Assembly (NCBI GenBank): GCA_033764775.1
Contig: JANRIQ010000030.1
Coordinates: forward strand, 109,701 to 141,700
Direction of reading: 5' to 3'
DNA length: 32,000 nucleotides
DNA from: Hyphomicrobiales bacterium
GTDB lineage: Bacteria > Pseudomonadota > Alphaproteobacteria > Rhizobiales > Rhodomicrobiaceae
Shown: positions 18,236 to 25,817 of the stretch, piece after piece
Numbering within the stretch: position 1 is the stretch's first letter
Layout of the letters: every line of letters starts with the position of its first letter
Notes under the pieces: generated by a model
The model's input: the letters and a program-made list of their open reading frames with translations, nothing else
The model's database searches: none
What the model was told of the DNA's origin: nothing
Translations under genes and position numbers: made by a program

Positions 18236-18257
18236 CTATCGGCGGCAAATAGGACGG
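18236..18257 (-). promoter_or_regulatory. 22-nt box upstream of traG (copy of the trbB-upstream box)
   Basis: See 15647-15668. The box lies ~100 nt upstream of the traG start, immediately after the LysR stop. Confidence 0.35.
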
Positions 18258-18263
18258 GTTGCC

Positions 18264-19214
18264 TTACCGCCGTCCAATCGGGCGGTTGCTTCCCCGCAAC
18301 TGGCCGGGCGAATCGTCAAAGCGGCTCATCTTGCGTGCAAGGTTGAGCAGATTTTTCAGCGTGGCGCTGCGATTGAACGGCGACCAGACTGCGGTAAAGG
18401 CAACCGGCTCTGGCTCGTCGGCGATGGGCACGAAGACGATGCCGGTCGTCGGCAGCAGCGCCGTGGCCGCCCCGACAATAGTGATGCCAAAGCCCTGTCC
18501 GACCATAGACAACAGCGTGCCGCGCCCCACGTCGAAACGCAGGATCGACGGCGCAGGCCAGCGCCCGGCAAGGCGCAGCACGATATGGTCATGCACCTGC
18601 GGGCCAGTGCCTCCGTGGCGGACAAGGAAAGTCTCGCCGGCCAGATCGGCCCAAGTGATTGCCGACTTCCCGGCGAGGGGATGCTGTTCCGGCAACACGG
18701 CCATCAACGGTTCGGTCCAGATCAGGCGGGTGTGGCAGTCGGGAAGCTCGGGCTTTCCGGCCACGAACACCACGTCCAGACGGTCGGCGCGAAGCTGCAT
18801 GACTGCATCGCGGGCGGTGCCTTCGGTAATCTCGACCTCGATACCAGGATGGTCATCCCGATACTGTCCGATCAACTCGGCAAGGAAGCTGCCGGGAATC
18901 AGGGCATGGATACCGATGCGCAAACGTCCATGCTCGCCTGCCGCCGTCATGCCGGCGGTCTTTACGGCATGGTCAAGCTGATCGACGCCGGCAGCGACGC
19001 GCTCGACGAAGTGCCGTCCGGCCTCGGTCAGTCTGACGCCGCGCGCGTGTCGCTCGAACAGGAGGATGCCAAGGTCTTCCTCCAGCGCCTTCACGCGGGC
19101 GCTAACGCTGGATTGCGCCACACCGAGCGACTTCGCTGCGTGACGGAAATTCAGATGTTCGGCGACCGCGAGCGTCTGGATCAGAGAGGCCATGGGAATA
19201 CGCGAACCAAGCAT
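18264..19214 (-). CDS. LysR-family transcriptional regulator (cargo)
   Basis: N-terminal HTH (LAVAEHLNFRHAAKSLGVAQSSVSARVKALEEDLGILLFER) plus a LysR substrate-binding domain. The start is ambiguous (ATG 19214 or 19193). The track start at 19265 is a GTG. Confidence 0.85.
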   Translation of the reverse strand: MLGSRIPMASLIQTLAVAEHLNFRHAAKSLGVAQSSVSARVKALEEDLGILLFERHARGVRLTEAGRHFVERVAAGVDQLDHAVKTAGMTAAGEHGRLRIGIHALIPGSFLAELIGQYRDDHPGIEVEITEGTARDAVMQLRADRLDVVFVAGKPELPDCHTRLIWTEPLMAVLPEQHPLAGKSAITWADLAGETFLVRHGGTGPQVHDHIVLRLAGRWPAPSILRFDVGRGTLLSMVGQGFGITIVGAATALLPTTGIVFVPIADEPEPVAFTAVWSPFNRSATLKNLLNLARKMSRFDDSPGQLRGSNRPIGRR

Positions 19215-19283
19215 CTGTCGGTTCAAGGGTCCATCTATATCCTTCGGCCTGCGCCTCCTTCGCACCAGCTACACCCCACGACG

Positions 19284-20237
19284 CTACGCGCGGCTCTCGG
19301 CCGGAGCCTCGCCGTGACGACCGGATGCCAGCAGCTTTGCGGCAATGGGCGATGTAATCATTTGGATCACTGCGAAGAATGCGGCTGGAACCGCAATCTC
19401 GCTTGGCAGCCCGGAAGCGACGACAAAGGCCGCTGCGATGCTGAACTCCTTCTTGCTCACGGTGAACAGGTAAGCGATCAGCTCTTGCCGGTCGGTCACG
19501 AAGACCTTTGAGATAAACCCAACTGCGTAGCCGATCAGGTTCAGAGTGAGCGCGGCGAGCGCGATGACGATGGCATACCAGCCATATCCGATGATGGTTT
19601 CGGCGTTCGGCCCGATCACTGCCAGCAGTAGGAGCAGATAGAAGATGGAGCCGATGGAGGGATAAAGGCTATCGTGACGGCCTACGGCGGTCGGGTATCG
19701 CGTGCGTAGATAAACCCCGATGACGGTGGGCACCACGACGATCAGAACAAGTTCGAGAATGATGGCTCCAACGGGAACTTGCAGCTCGATCCCGGTCAGA
19801 GTCAGGAATAGCAAGGGCACGATAAACGGCGATAGAACCGTGTTGACCGCATTTAGGACCGCCGCGAGGGCCACGTTGCCACGGGCCAGCAGAACAAGCA
19901 GCGGGGCGGAAACGTCCGTAGGCAGTGTCCCTACGAGAGTTTGTCCCGCCGCTAGCGGGCCAGAGCCGAAGAATAGGCGTCCGGTAAGCCATCCGGCGAT
20001 GGACATGGGACCATAGACAAGGCCGAGCGCCCAAAGCTGACGGCTAGGCTTCTGGAAAACCAGTCTCACGGCATGAGCATCGAAGGTCAGGCTGATGACC
20101 AGCATCAACGCCGCCAACAGCGGGCTAATCCCGCTTTCCAAGAATTTGCCCAACGAAGGCACGAGCAGGCCGAGGCCGGCGACCGCGATAGCTAACAGCA
20201 GAAGATTGTTCTCAATGAACGCGAGGGCTTTCCGCAT
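19284..20237 (-). CDS. BASS/SBF-like (bile acid:sodium symporter family) transporter (cargo)
   Basis: ATG 20237, with GAGGTG upstream, overlaps the arsR-like stop by 1 nt. The protein is polytopic and carries the SBF-type motif TLPTDVSAPLLVLLARGNVALAAVLNAVNTVLSPFIVPLL. Confidence 0.8.
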   Translation of the reverse strand: MRKALAFIENNLLLLAIAVAGLGLLVPSLGKFLESGISPLLAALMLVISLTFDAHAVRLVFQKPSRQLWALGLVYGPMSIAGWLTGRLFFGSGPLAAGQTLVGTLPTDVSAPLLVLLARGNVALAAVLNAVNTVLSPFIVPLLFLTLTGIELQVPVGAIILELVLIVVVPTVIGVYLRTRYPTAVGRHDSLYPSIGSIFYLLLLLAVIGPNAETIIGYGWYAIVIALAALTLNLIGYAVGFISKVFVTDRQELIAYLFTVSKKEFSIAAAFVVASGLPSEIAVPAAFFAVIQMITSPIAAKLLASGRHGEAPAESRA

Positions 20238-20623
20238 TAGGACACCTCGGGCGCGACAGGTTCGCAACGTATCGGCCCGGTCGGACGACCCTCGCATTTG
20301 GCGAGAAGCGCAATCGCCTTATCGCAATACTTGCAGTGACCTTGACAGCAGTCGTGAACGAGGAAGGCAGAGAGCGCAGTTAGTATCGGCCAGTTGACGC
20401 TATAGATGATCGACTTTCCGTCGCGTCGGCTTTCGATGAGTTGCGCATGTTCCAGTTCCTTAAGGTGGAACGAGACGCGTGAAGGCTGCGCGCCGTCCAG
20501 TGCCGACGCTATCGCCCCCGCCGCCATGCCGTCCGCGCCTGCCACGACCAGCATACGAACGATGCGCAAGCGCGCTTCATGTGAGATTGCCGAGAAGCCG
20601 GCTAGTGCGTCATGTTCATCCAT
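20237..20623 (-). CDS. ArsR/SmtB-family metalloregulator with Cys-rich C-terminus (cargo)
   Basis: wHTH region (HEARLRIVRMLV...AIASALDGAQPSRVSFHLKELEHAQLIESRRDGKSIIY). The C-terminal Cys cluster is HDCCQGHCKYCDKAIALLAKCEG...IRC. Confidence 0.85.
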   Translation of the reverse strand: MDEHDALAGFSAISHEARLRIVRMLVVAGADGMAAGAIASALDGAQPSRVSFHLKELEHAQLIESRRDGKSIIYSVNWPILTALSAFLVHDCCQGHCKYCDKAIALLAKCEGRPTGPIRCEPVAPEVS

Positions 20624-20629
20624 ATTCGA

Positions 20630-20685
20630 TTCAACATTTCATGTATCGTTGAAATCATATACGGCTATCTGAGATTTCCTGTCAA
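20630..20685 (-). promoter_or_regulatory. candidate promoter and ArsR operator
   Basis: On the minus strand: TTGACA (20685-20680), an 18-nt spacer, then TATATG (20661-20656). This is followed by the inverted repeat TTCAAC-N12-GTTGAA (20630-20653) between the -10 and ATG 20623, in an AT-rich intergenic stretch. Confidence 0.45.
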
Positions 20686-20722
20686 CGCCGCCTGACCAAT
20701 GCCGCGTTTCGCCAACACAAGA

Positions 20723-22777
20723 TCAGAGTGAAAGGCCGCGCGACCGCCCCAACTGCCACGACACCGATCCGCCCTGCACGACCCCCGTAACCTCGCGGCC
20801 GAGCTGGCGGTCGATGACCGGCCGCCACGGGACAAGGGTGAACTCATGGGATTGCTCGACCAAGGCGAACTTGCCGCTCGATAGCTGCACGGTGCCGGTG
20901 AACTTGCCGCTGACGTTCTCGCCGTCCGTGGCGGCGCGGAACGGCAGGCCCTTGTTCTCGGCCATCTCCGCACCGACGCGGGCAACCTCGCGCTCGCGCA
21001 AGGTGGCGAGAAGGTTGCGGCGGTAGAATATGCGGCCGTTCCGCGCTCGGGTGGCGTCGCCCTGTTCGATATGGTGTTCGCGGCGCTGGTCCATCGCCTC
21101 GCGCACCTGCTGGCCGAAGCCGGCCGGCGCAAGGTCGGCCGTTTCGCCATGGACCAATCGCCGGTCCAGCCATGTCGCGCCGTCCGATCCGATCTGCCTT
21201 TGCAGATCGACCGGGGAAAGCACGCGAACGCTGGCCTGCCGGTCACGGCCGGCGTCATAGGCGGCTGCACGGCTGACCAGATCATCGGGGATGCGCCATT
21301 GGTCAGCGTCGATCCGCTCGACGATCCCGGCGCGGCGCAATGCCTCCAGCCGGCGCACATGAGCATCGACATAGCCCTCATAATCGCCGCCGGGAACGCG
21401 GCCCTCGAATTTCGCCTGCTCCAGATGACGGCTCGGCCGATAGATGCCGTCCTCGGCGATGGCCGATATGCTGCGGTCGGACGGTCGGGCCGTCGCCTCG
21501 GCCGGACCGATCTGGACGACGCTGCCGATGCGGGCATCCTCCAGCCGCTCGGGCGCGATGCCGGCGATGTGGTGCGTCCTGCCGTCTATCCCGTCCACCA
21601 CGATTGTCAGGTTCTCCCCTAACTCGTCGGACAGGTGCTTGTCCAAGACGCGGCCGACGATGGGCGTCTCGGGCGCTCCGTCATGGATTTGGAAGCTCAT
21701 GGGATCACGTTCGCCACCCTGCGGGCCGAGCGCCTTCTGCATGGTGCGGATAATGTCGCCCCGCTCGCCAAGCTCGCGCAGGGCCGGCTCCATGTCCTTG
21801 CTCAATTCCCAAACGGCGGGCGCGTGCTCGGTCGCCAGCCCCATCTTCTCCAGCTTGCCGAGACGGCGCAGGCGCAGCGTCCGCTCGAACTGCCGCCTCG
21901 GCTCTGCCGGTTCATGGCGCAGGTCGAGGAAACGGGCATCGGCTTCGTCGGCCATGGCGCGGTCGATGCGGGTGAAACGGTCTTGGTCGATTTCGGCCGA
22001 CAGCTTGCGGGTCTGCTCGATCTCGGTGACGGGGCCGAGTTCCAGACTGGCAAGCTCGCTGGCGCGCTCGCGCAGGCCGGCGGAAAGGTAGTCGCCGTTG
22101 ATGACTAGATCCCCGCCCGTGTCGTCGCGGCCGTTGACGACGATATGCACATGGGGATGGCCGGTGTTGTAGTGATTGACGGCAACCCAATCGAGTTTCG
22201 TGCCGAGGTCCGCTTCCACCTGTTGCATGAAATCGCGGGTGTAGGCCGTGAGGTCCGATAGCTCCGCGCCATCCTCGGGCGAGACGATGAATCTGAATTG
22301 GTGGCGGTCGTCCTTGCCGCGATCAAGGAAGGCGTCGCCATCCGCGCGATCCTCGGTCGCCGAATAGAGCCGGCCCCGCTCGCCGTCGCGCGAGGTTCCG
22401 TCGCGCTGGACATAGCGCAGATGCGCGCGGGCACGGCCGCCCTTCCATGCAGCCCGGACGCTGCGCTGCTTGACGATCACGCGGCGGCTGCCCGGCTGGC
22501 GATGATGCCATTGGCCGGAGATGTTCCGGGCGCGCACGAAGCTCGCGCCCCGGCCGCGCTTCACGCCCTTGCCGCTGGCGACCACGGCACGGGACCGGCC
22601 CGGCGATGACGGGCGGGCGGATGACGGCATGGAAGGATCGCGGGAGGCCGCTGCCTGATGCTGCCGGGTGATCTTCTTGACCTGCGTGAAAAAGCTCTTG
22701 GTCTTGCCAGCCTTCGGCGTGTCGGATCGGATGCGGCCGGGCTTCGGACGGAAGCGGTTTTCGTCGTCGGCGCTCAA
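20723..22777 (-). CDS. conjugative relaxase (MobA/VirD2-type N-domain plus DUF3363-like C-domain; RlxS/TraI-like)
   Basis: 684 aa with the histidine triad NHYNTGHPHVHIVVNG and N-terminus (M)SADDENRFRPKPGRIRSD typical of this relaxase type. TTG start at 22777 with GGAG 8 nt upstream. Confidence 0.9.
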   Translation of the reverse strand: MSADDENRFRPKPGRIRSDTPKAGKTKSFFTQVKKITRQHQAAASRDPSMPSSARPSSPGRSRAVVASGKGVKRGRGASFVRARNISGQWHHRQPGSRRVIVKQRSVRAAWKGGRARAHLRYVQRDGTSRDGERGRLYSATEDRADGDAFLDRGKDDRHQFRFIVSPEDGAELSDLTAYTRDFMQQVEADLGTKLDWVAVNHYNTGHPHVHIVVNGRDDTGGDLVINGDYLSAGLRERASELASLELGPVTEIEQTRKLSAEIDQDRFTRIDRAMADEADARFLDLRHEPAEPRRQFERTLRLRRLGKLEKMGLATEHAPAVWELSKDMEPALRELGERGDIIRTMQKALGPQGGERDPMSFQIHDGAPETPIVGRVLDKHLSDELGENLTIVVDGIDGRTHHIAGIAPERLEDARIGSVVQIGPAEATARPSDRSISAIAEDGIYRPSRHLEQAKFEGRVPGGDYEGYVDAHVRRLEALRRAGIVERIDADQWRIPDDLVSRAAAYDAGRDRQASVRVLSPVDLQRQIGSDGATWLDRRLVHGETADLAPAGFGQQVREAMDQRREHHIEQGDATRARNGRIFYRRNLLATLREREVARVGAEMAENKGLPFRAATDGENVSGKFTGTVQLSSGKFALVEQSHEFTLVPWRPVIDRQLGREVTGVVQGGSVSWQLGRSRGLSL

Positions 22778-23090
22778 GGGCGCGACTCCAGCCCAAACTG
22801 CCGGAAAACGGCCGATCTGCGCCTATGGTGCCGCTCGAAACCCAGCAAAGCCAAGGCTTTGCGCAAAATCGCGGCACGCGGCCCCTCAAAACCATGGTGC
22901 CGGAATCGGTCGCCTAACCAGTGTGCAGACAACAACAATTTCCAGAAGCGGCCCGATATGGTGCCGTCTTCTTTAATCTTGCCCTCCGCCCTTTCTGCCT
23001 TTTCTGCCCTTCCTGCCGGGAATCCAGACGGGCGCAAACCTGCCCGACTGGATGCTGAAACCGGCGTCGCTGAGCGCGGGAACGTCGCCC
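22778..23090. other. candidate oriT / relaxase promoter region
   Basis: This 313-bp non-coding gap is directly upstream of the relaxase. It has a nested inverted repeat at 22828-22877, four tandem 9-mers at 22982-23017, and a 12-bp inverted repeat with one mismatch (23022-23033 / 23042-23053). Confidence 0.4.
22982..23017. repeat. four tandem 9-nt repeats (CCCTCCGCC CTTTCTGCC TTTTCTGCC CTTCCTGCC)
   Basis: Read directly from the sequence. The consensus is YTTYCTGCC. Confidence 0.8.
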
Positions 23091-24023
23091 TCATGGCGTT
23101 CCTCCGTCGCTGGCGCTCGCCACGAAAATGCTGCCGTCCTGCGGCTCCGCACGGGCGGGATCACGCGCCGGAACGGCAGCGCGGCCGTCGCCTGATTGCG
23201 CCTCGGACGGCGGCGCGGCGGCAGCCCGCGTGTCGGCCGGGCGCATGACGAACAGCGGTGCCTCGCGCCAATCGGGCGGCGGTGCCGGCTGTGGGGACCG
23301 CGTATCCGATGGAACCGCGCCGCCAAGGATCGGCGCGAGCGCGGCGACATATGCGCGCGTCTCGGCGGGAAGCGGTCGGCCCGTCGCGCGGTGCTCGTCG
23401 TAGCGGCCGGGACCGGCATTGTAGGCCGCCAGCATCGCCGCGACATTGCCGTAACGGTCGAACATTTCGCGCAGGTAGGCGGTGCCGGCGAGGATGTTAT
23501 CGCGTGGGTCATAGGGATCACGGCCGAGGCCATAGCTGACACGCAGGCCCGCCCATGTGTCGGGCATCACCTGCATCAATCCCATCGCTCCGGCTGACGA
23601 AACCGCGCGCACGTCGCCCGCGCTCTCGGCGCGCAGCACGGCGCGAATCCAGTGCTCGGGGATGCCGAAACGCTGCGACGCCTCGGCGATGTGGGCCGCA
23701 TAGGGATGGGCGGCGGCCGGGCGCTCGACTGACACGGATTGCGCGACGGCGATGCCCGATCCGGCGCAGATGGAGAGCGCGCCGGCCAGCAGCAGGACGG
23801 CATAATGCCATGCCGGCCTGTCTCCGCTTCGCCGCCAGCCTGCCAGCGTGCTCGCTGCGGTCAAGGGCAAGGCGCAAGCGCCGGCCGATGGCCGCCCCTG
23901 ACCTTCGCTGCGCGCGCCGGCCGTCTGGTCGCCGAGCGGGACGAAGGGATGAGACGGCTTTTCCGCGAACAGAGGGATGCCGGTATTGGACCCGATGACG
24001 GCTCGGGCACGCGCGGCCTTCAT
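23091..24023 (-). CDS. lytic transglycosylase (SLT domain)
   Basis: ATG 24023 overlaps the DUF736 stop (ATGA). There is a TM/signal segment (HYAVLLLAGALSICAGSGIAVAQS). SLT motifs are ESAGD...GAMGLMQVMPDTW...AYNAGPGRY. The longer 448-aa ORF overlaps DUF736 and is Arg-rich. Confidence 0.85.
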   Translation of the reverse strand: MKAARARAVIGSNTGIPLFAEKPSHPFVPLGDQTAGARSEGQGRPSAGACALPLTAASTLAGWRRSGDRPAWHYAVLLLAGALSICAGSGIAVAQSVSVERPAAAHPYAAHIAEASQRFGIPEHWIRAVLRAESAGDVRAVSSAGAMGLMQVMPDTWAGLRVSYGLGRDPYDPRDNILAGTAYLREMFDRYGNVAAMLAAYNAGPGRYDEHRATGRPLPAETRAYVAALAPILGGAVPSDTRSPQPAPPPDWREAPLFVMRPADTRAAAAPPSEAQSGDGRAAVPARDPARAEPQDGSIFVASASDGGTP

Positions 24024-24355
24024 TCCTCGTCCTCGCGTTTGCGGGGACGCTTCCAATGTAGGCCCCAAGACGAAGGGTCGTCGTTGGACTGGAACAATCT
24101 GGCGCGGATCGGAAACGGGAAGATTGGTCCGTCCAGTTTCAGGGACAGAAACTCGCCAGCGTTCTCGCTGGAGTCTTTCCATGCGGGGCCAACGTCCGGG
24201 CCGTCTTCGCTGTCGAGATGCACGCGATAGTCGGGCGCGTTCTTCACGGCGTTCGGCTCGGCGGGAACGATGACAAGCTGCTCGTCGAGGCCGAACGAAC
24301 GAATCTGCCCGGAATAGCCGGTTTTGGTGCGGGTGAATTGGCCGATCTGTGCCAT
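24020..24355 (-). CDS. DUF736-like protein
   Basis: ATG 24355 follows AGGAG and gives MAQIGQFTRTKTGYSGQIRSFGL..., the characteristic DUF736 N-terminus. Confidence 0.85.
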   Translation of the reverse strand: MAQIGQFTRTKTGYSGQIRSFGLDEQLVIVPAEPNAVKNAPDYRVHLDSEDGPDVGPAWKDSSENAGEFLSLKLDGPIFPFPIRARLFQSNDDPSSWGLHWKRPRKREDEE

Positions 24356-24390
24356 GGAAAATCTCCTGCGTGTGTTTTCGGGGGGTGGTT

Positions 24391-24936
24391 TCAGTGCGTC
24401 GGCGCGCGCCACTCGTAGCGGCCGACGCCTTCCTCATCGGTCCAGAGCGGGACCGCTCGGCCGATGACGGAAGCTGCGGGGATGGGTCCGAAGTAGCGGC
24501 CGTCGAGGCTGTCGCGGACTTCCAAATTCATGAGGAAAAGCTGGTCGTCGCCGATGACGCGGCAGCCCTGCCAGACGGGCAGATCGCGGCCGAGGCTGTC
24601 GCGCTCCAGCGCCTCGCCCATCTCAATCCCGTTCACCGTGATCGTGCGGCCGGCGCGGCAAACCCGCTGTCCGGGCAGGCCCAAGACGCGCTTCAAGAGC
24701 GGAACGCCTCGCGCGATATAGCCGCGCTCGATCATGAAGGCGGCGAGCGGTTCGGGCGGCATGATGGCGACCAACTCGGGCACGTCGATCCGGTCAGTCG
24801 GCTCGACGGTGTAGAACCCGACCGGCGCGCTGGCGGTGGCGTTCCAGATGAGTTTCGTCGGCGTCTCGACCGCGCTAGCGGCGGCGATACCGATGACGGA
24901 AAGCGCCGTCACCATGAGGGTGCGGCGGCGTGTCAT
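24391..24936 (-). CDS. traF: S26-family conjugative signal peptidase TraF
   Basis: ATG 24936 overlaps the preceding stop (ATGA). It has an N-terminal TM segment and NATASAPVGFY (Ser nucleophile region), typical of TraF-type peptidases. Confidence 0.85.
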   Translation of the reverse strand: MTRRRTLMVTALSVIGIAAASAVETPTKLIWNATASAPVGFYTVEPTDRIDVPELVAIMPPEPLAAFMIERGYIARGVPLLKRVLGLPGQRVCRAGRTITVNGIEMGEALERDSLGRDLPVWQGCRVIGDDQLFLMNLEVRDSLDGRYFGPIPAASVIGRAVPLWTDEEGVGRYEWRAPTH

Positions 24937-25433
24937 GGGTCGATCCTGCGGCGATGAAGCCAAGCGGCATGTCGCTCGGGCGTGTAGGCGTGCGGCTCCA
25001 GATTGGCGGTCAAACGGTTGTGGACGTGCCGCCAGTGGTCCGGCGAGGCGTCGGCCGGATCGAGGCCGAGCGATTCCACGGCGTCGATAGCGGCAAGCGC
25101 GCGCTGCACCTTGGGCCAGCTATCGAGGCGCAACAGGATTTCGCCGCCGGGGCGCACGAACGGCAATGTCTGGAACGGCTCGCCGCGACCGATGGCGCGC
25201 ACAATGTCGATGCGCGAAATGACAGTGCCGTGCTCGCCGCTCGCCCATCGCACGAAGGCAAAGACGCCGCCCGGCGCGAAGCCGACGACGCTGCGGCGTC
25301 GGTCGATGATCTGCTCGTAGCTCTTGCGGCCGAAGCGTATCCAGTGCTCGACCTTGCGTTTCTCGAACGTCAATTCGACCAATGTGGTGAAGGGCGCGGG
25401 TCCATGCGCGCCGCGATGCGCGCGCCGGCTCAT
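24933..25433 (-). CDS. DUF2840-like protein
   Basis: 166 aa (LVELTFEKRKVEHWIRFG...). Position and sequence are typical of the DUF2840 gene in this ICE class. There is an ATGA overlap with the upstream HTH gene. Confidence 0.75.
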   Translation of the reverse strand: MSRRAHRGAHGPAPFTTLVELTFEKRKVEHWIRFGRKSYEQIIDRRRSVVGFAPGGVFAFVRWASGEHGTVISRIDIVRAIGRGEPFQTLPFVRPGGEILLRLDSWPKVQRALAAIDAVESLGLDPADASPDHWRHVHNRLTANLEPHAYTPERHAAWLHRRRIDP

Positions 25434-25699
25434 TGTTCGTTCCGTTCTTCGGGGGTGAGCGGACGCGCGGGAAAGACGGTGCCAGCGGTCTTGTCGCGGG
25501 TGGATTTGCGCTCGCCGGTCGCGCTCCAGTCTTCCAGATCGCGGACGGTGTAGAGGACGCGACCGCCGACCTTGCGATAGGTCGGGCCGGTCCCGTAGGT
25601 GCGATGCTTCTCAAGGGTGCGGATGGATATGCCGAGGAAGCGCGCGGCTTCCTTGGTGCGCAACAGGCGCGGCGGCAGGCCCGCAAGCGGGTTGGGCAT
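25430..25699 (-). CDS. excisionase-family HTH protein (RdfS-like recombination directionality factor / AlpA-like)
   Basis: 89 aa. The stretch LLRTKEAARFLGISIRTLEKHRTYGTGPTYRKVGGRVLYTVRDLEDW is a MerR/excisionase-type wHTH. GGAGGTG lies 4 nt upstream of ATG 25699. It is the first gene of a translationally coupled operon. Confidence 0.75.
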   Translation of the reverse strand: MPNPLAGLPPRLLRTKEAARFLGISIRTLEKHRTYGTGPTYRKVGGRVLYTVRDLEDWSATGERKSTRDKTAGTVFPARPLTPEERNEQ

Positions 25700-25747
25700 G
25701 GATCACCTCCAGTCGGGATTGGGCTGCCGGGGGCGGCAGCGGACTGT

Positions 25748-25817
25748 GGCGAACCATGGCGAGGGATCGGCGGCGCGTAGCGTGCCGCATTTGCGCCTAT
25801 GCGCTGGCGGCACCCCC
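25748..25817 (-). promoter_or_regulatory. copy B of conserved nested-hairpin leader/operator element
   Basis: See copy A. The nested inverted repeat is at 25782-25813. The downstream hairpin is at 25723-25740 (GCTGCCG-GGGG-CGGCAGC), followed by SD and ATG. Confidence 0.5.

Noticed and set aside
19284-20237. Calling the ArsR-linked transporter ACR3 (arsenite efflux).
   Set aside because: The conserved block reads PTDVSAPLLVLLARGNVALAAV, like BASS/SBF proteins, and lacks the ACR3-type RCIAMV Cys motif. It is therefore left as a BASS-family transporter of unknown substrate.
22982-23017. The tandem 9-mers, considered as a possible CRISPR or minisatellite.
   Set aside because: The repeats are contiguous with no spacers, number only four units of 9 nt, and no cas genes are present. 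An iteron or oriT-type repeat is more plausible.
22774-23094. 106-aa minus-strand ORF filling the SLT-relaxase gap.
   Set aside because: The composition is Arg-rich and non-protein-like, with no SD, and it overlaps both neighbours' ends. The region is better explained as non-coding oriT/promoter DNA with repeats.
24024-24437. N-terminal 138-codon extension of the lytic transglycosylase ORF (448-aa version).
   Set aside because: It overlaps the well-supported DUF736 gene in another frame and is Arg-rich. The ATG at 24023 forms an ATGA overlap with the DUF736 stop and is followed by a TM segment.
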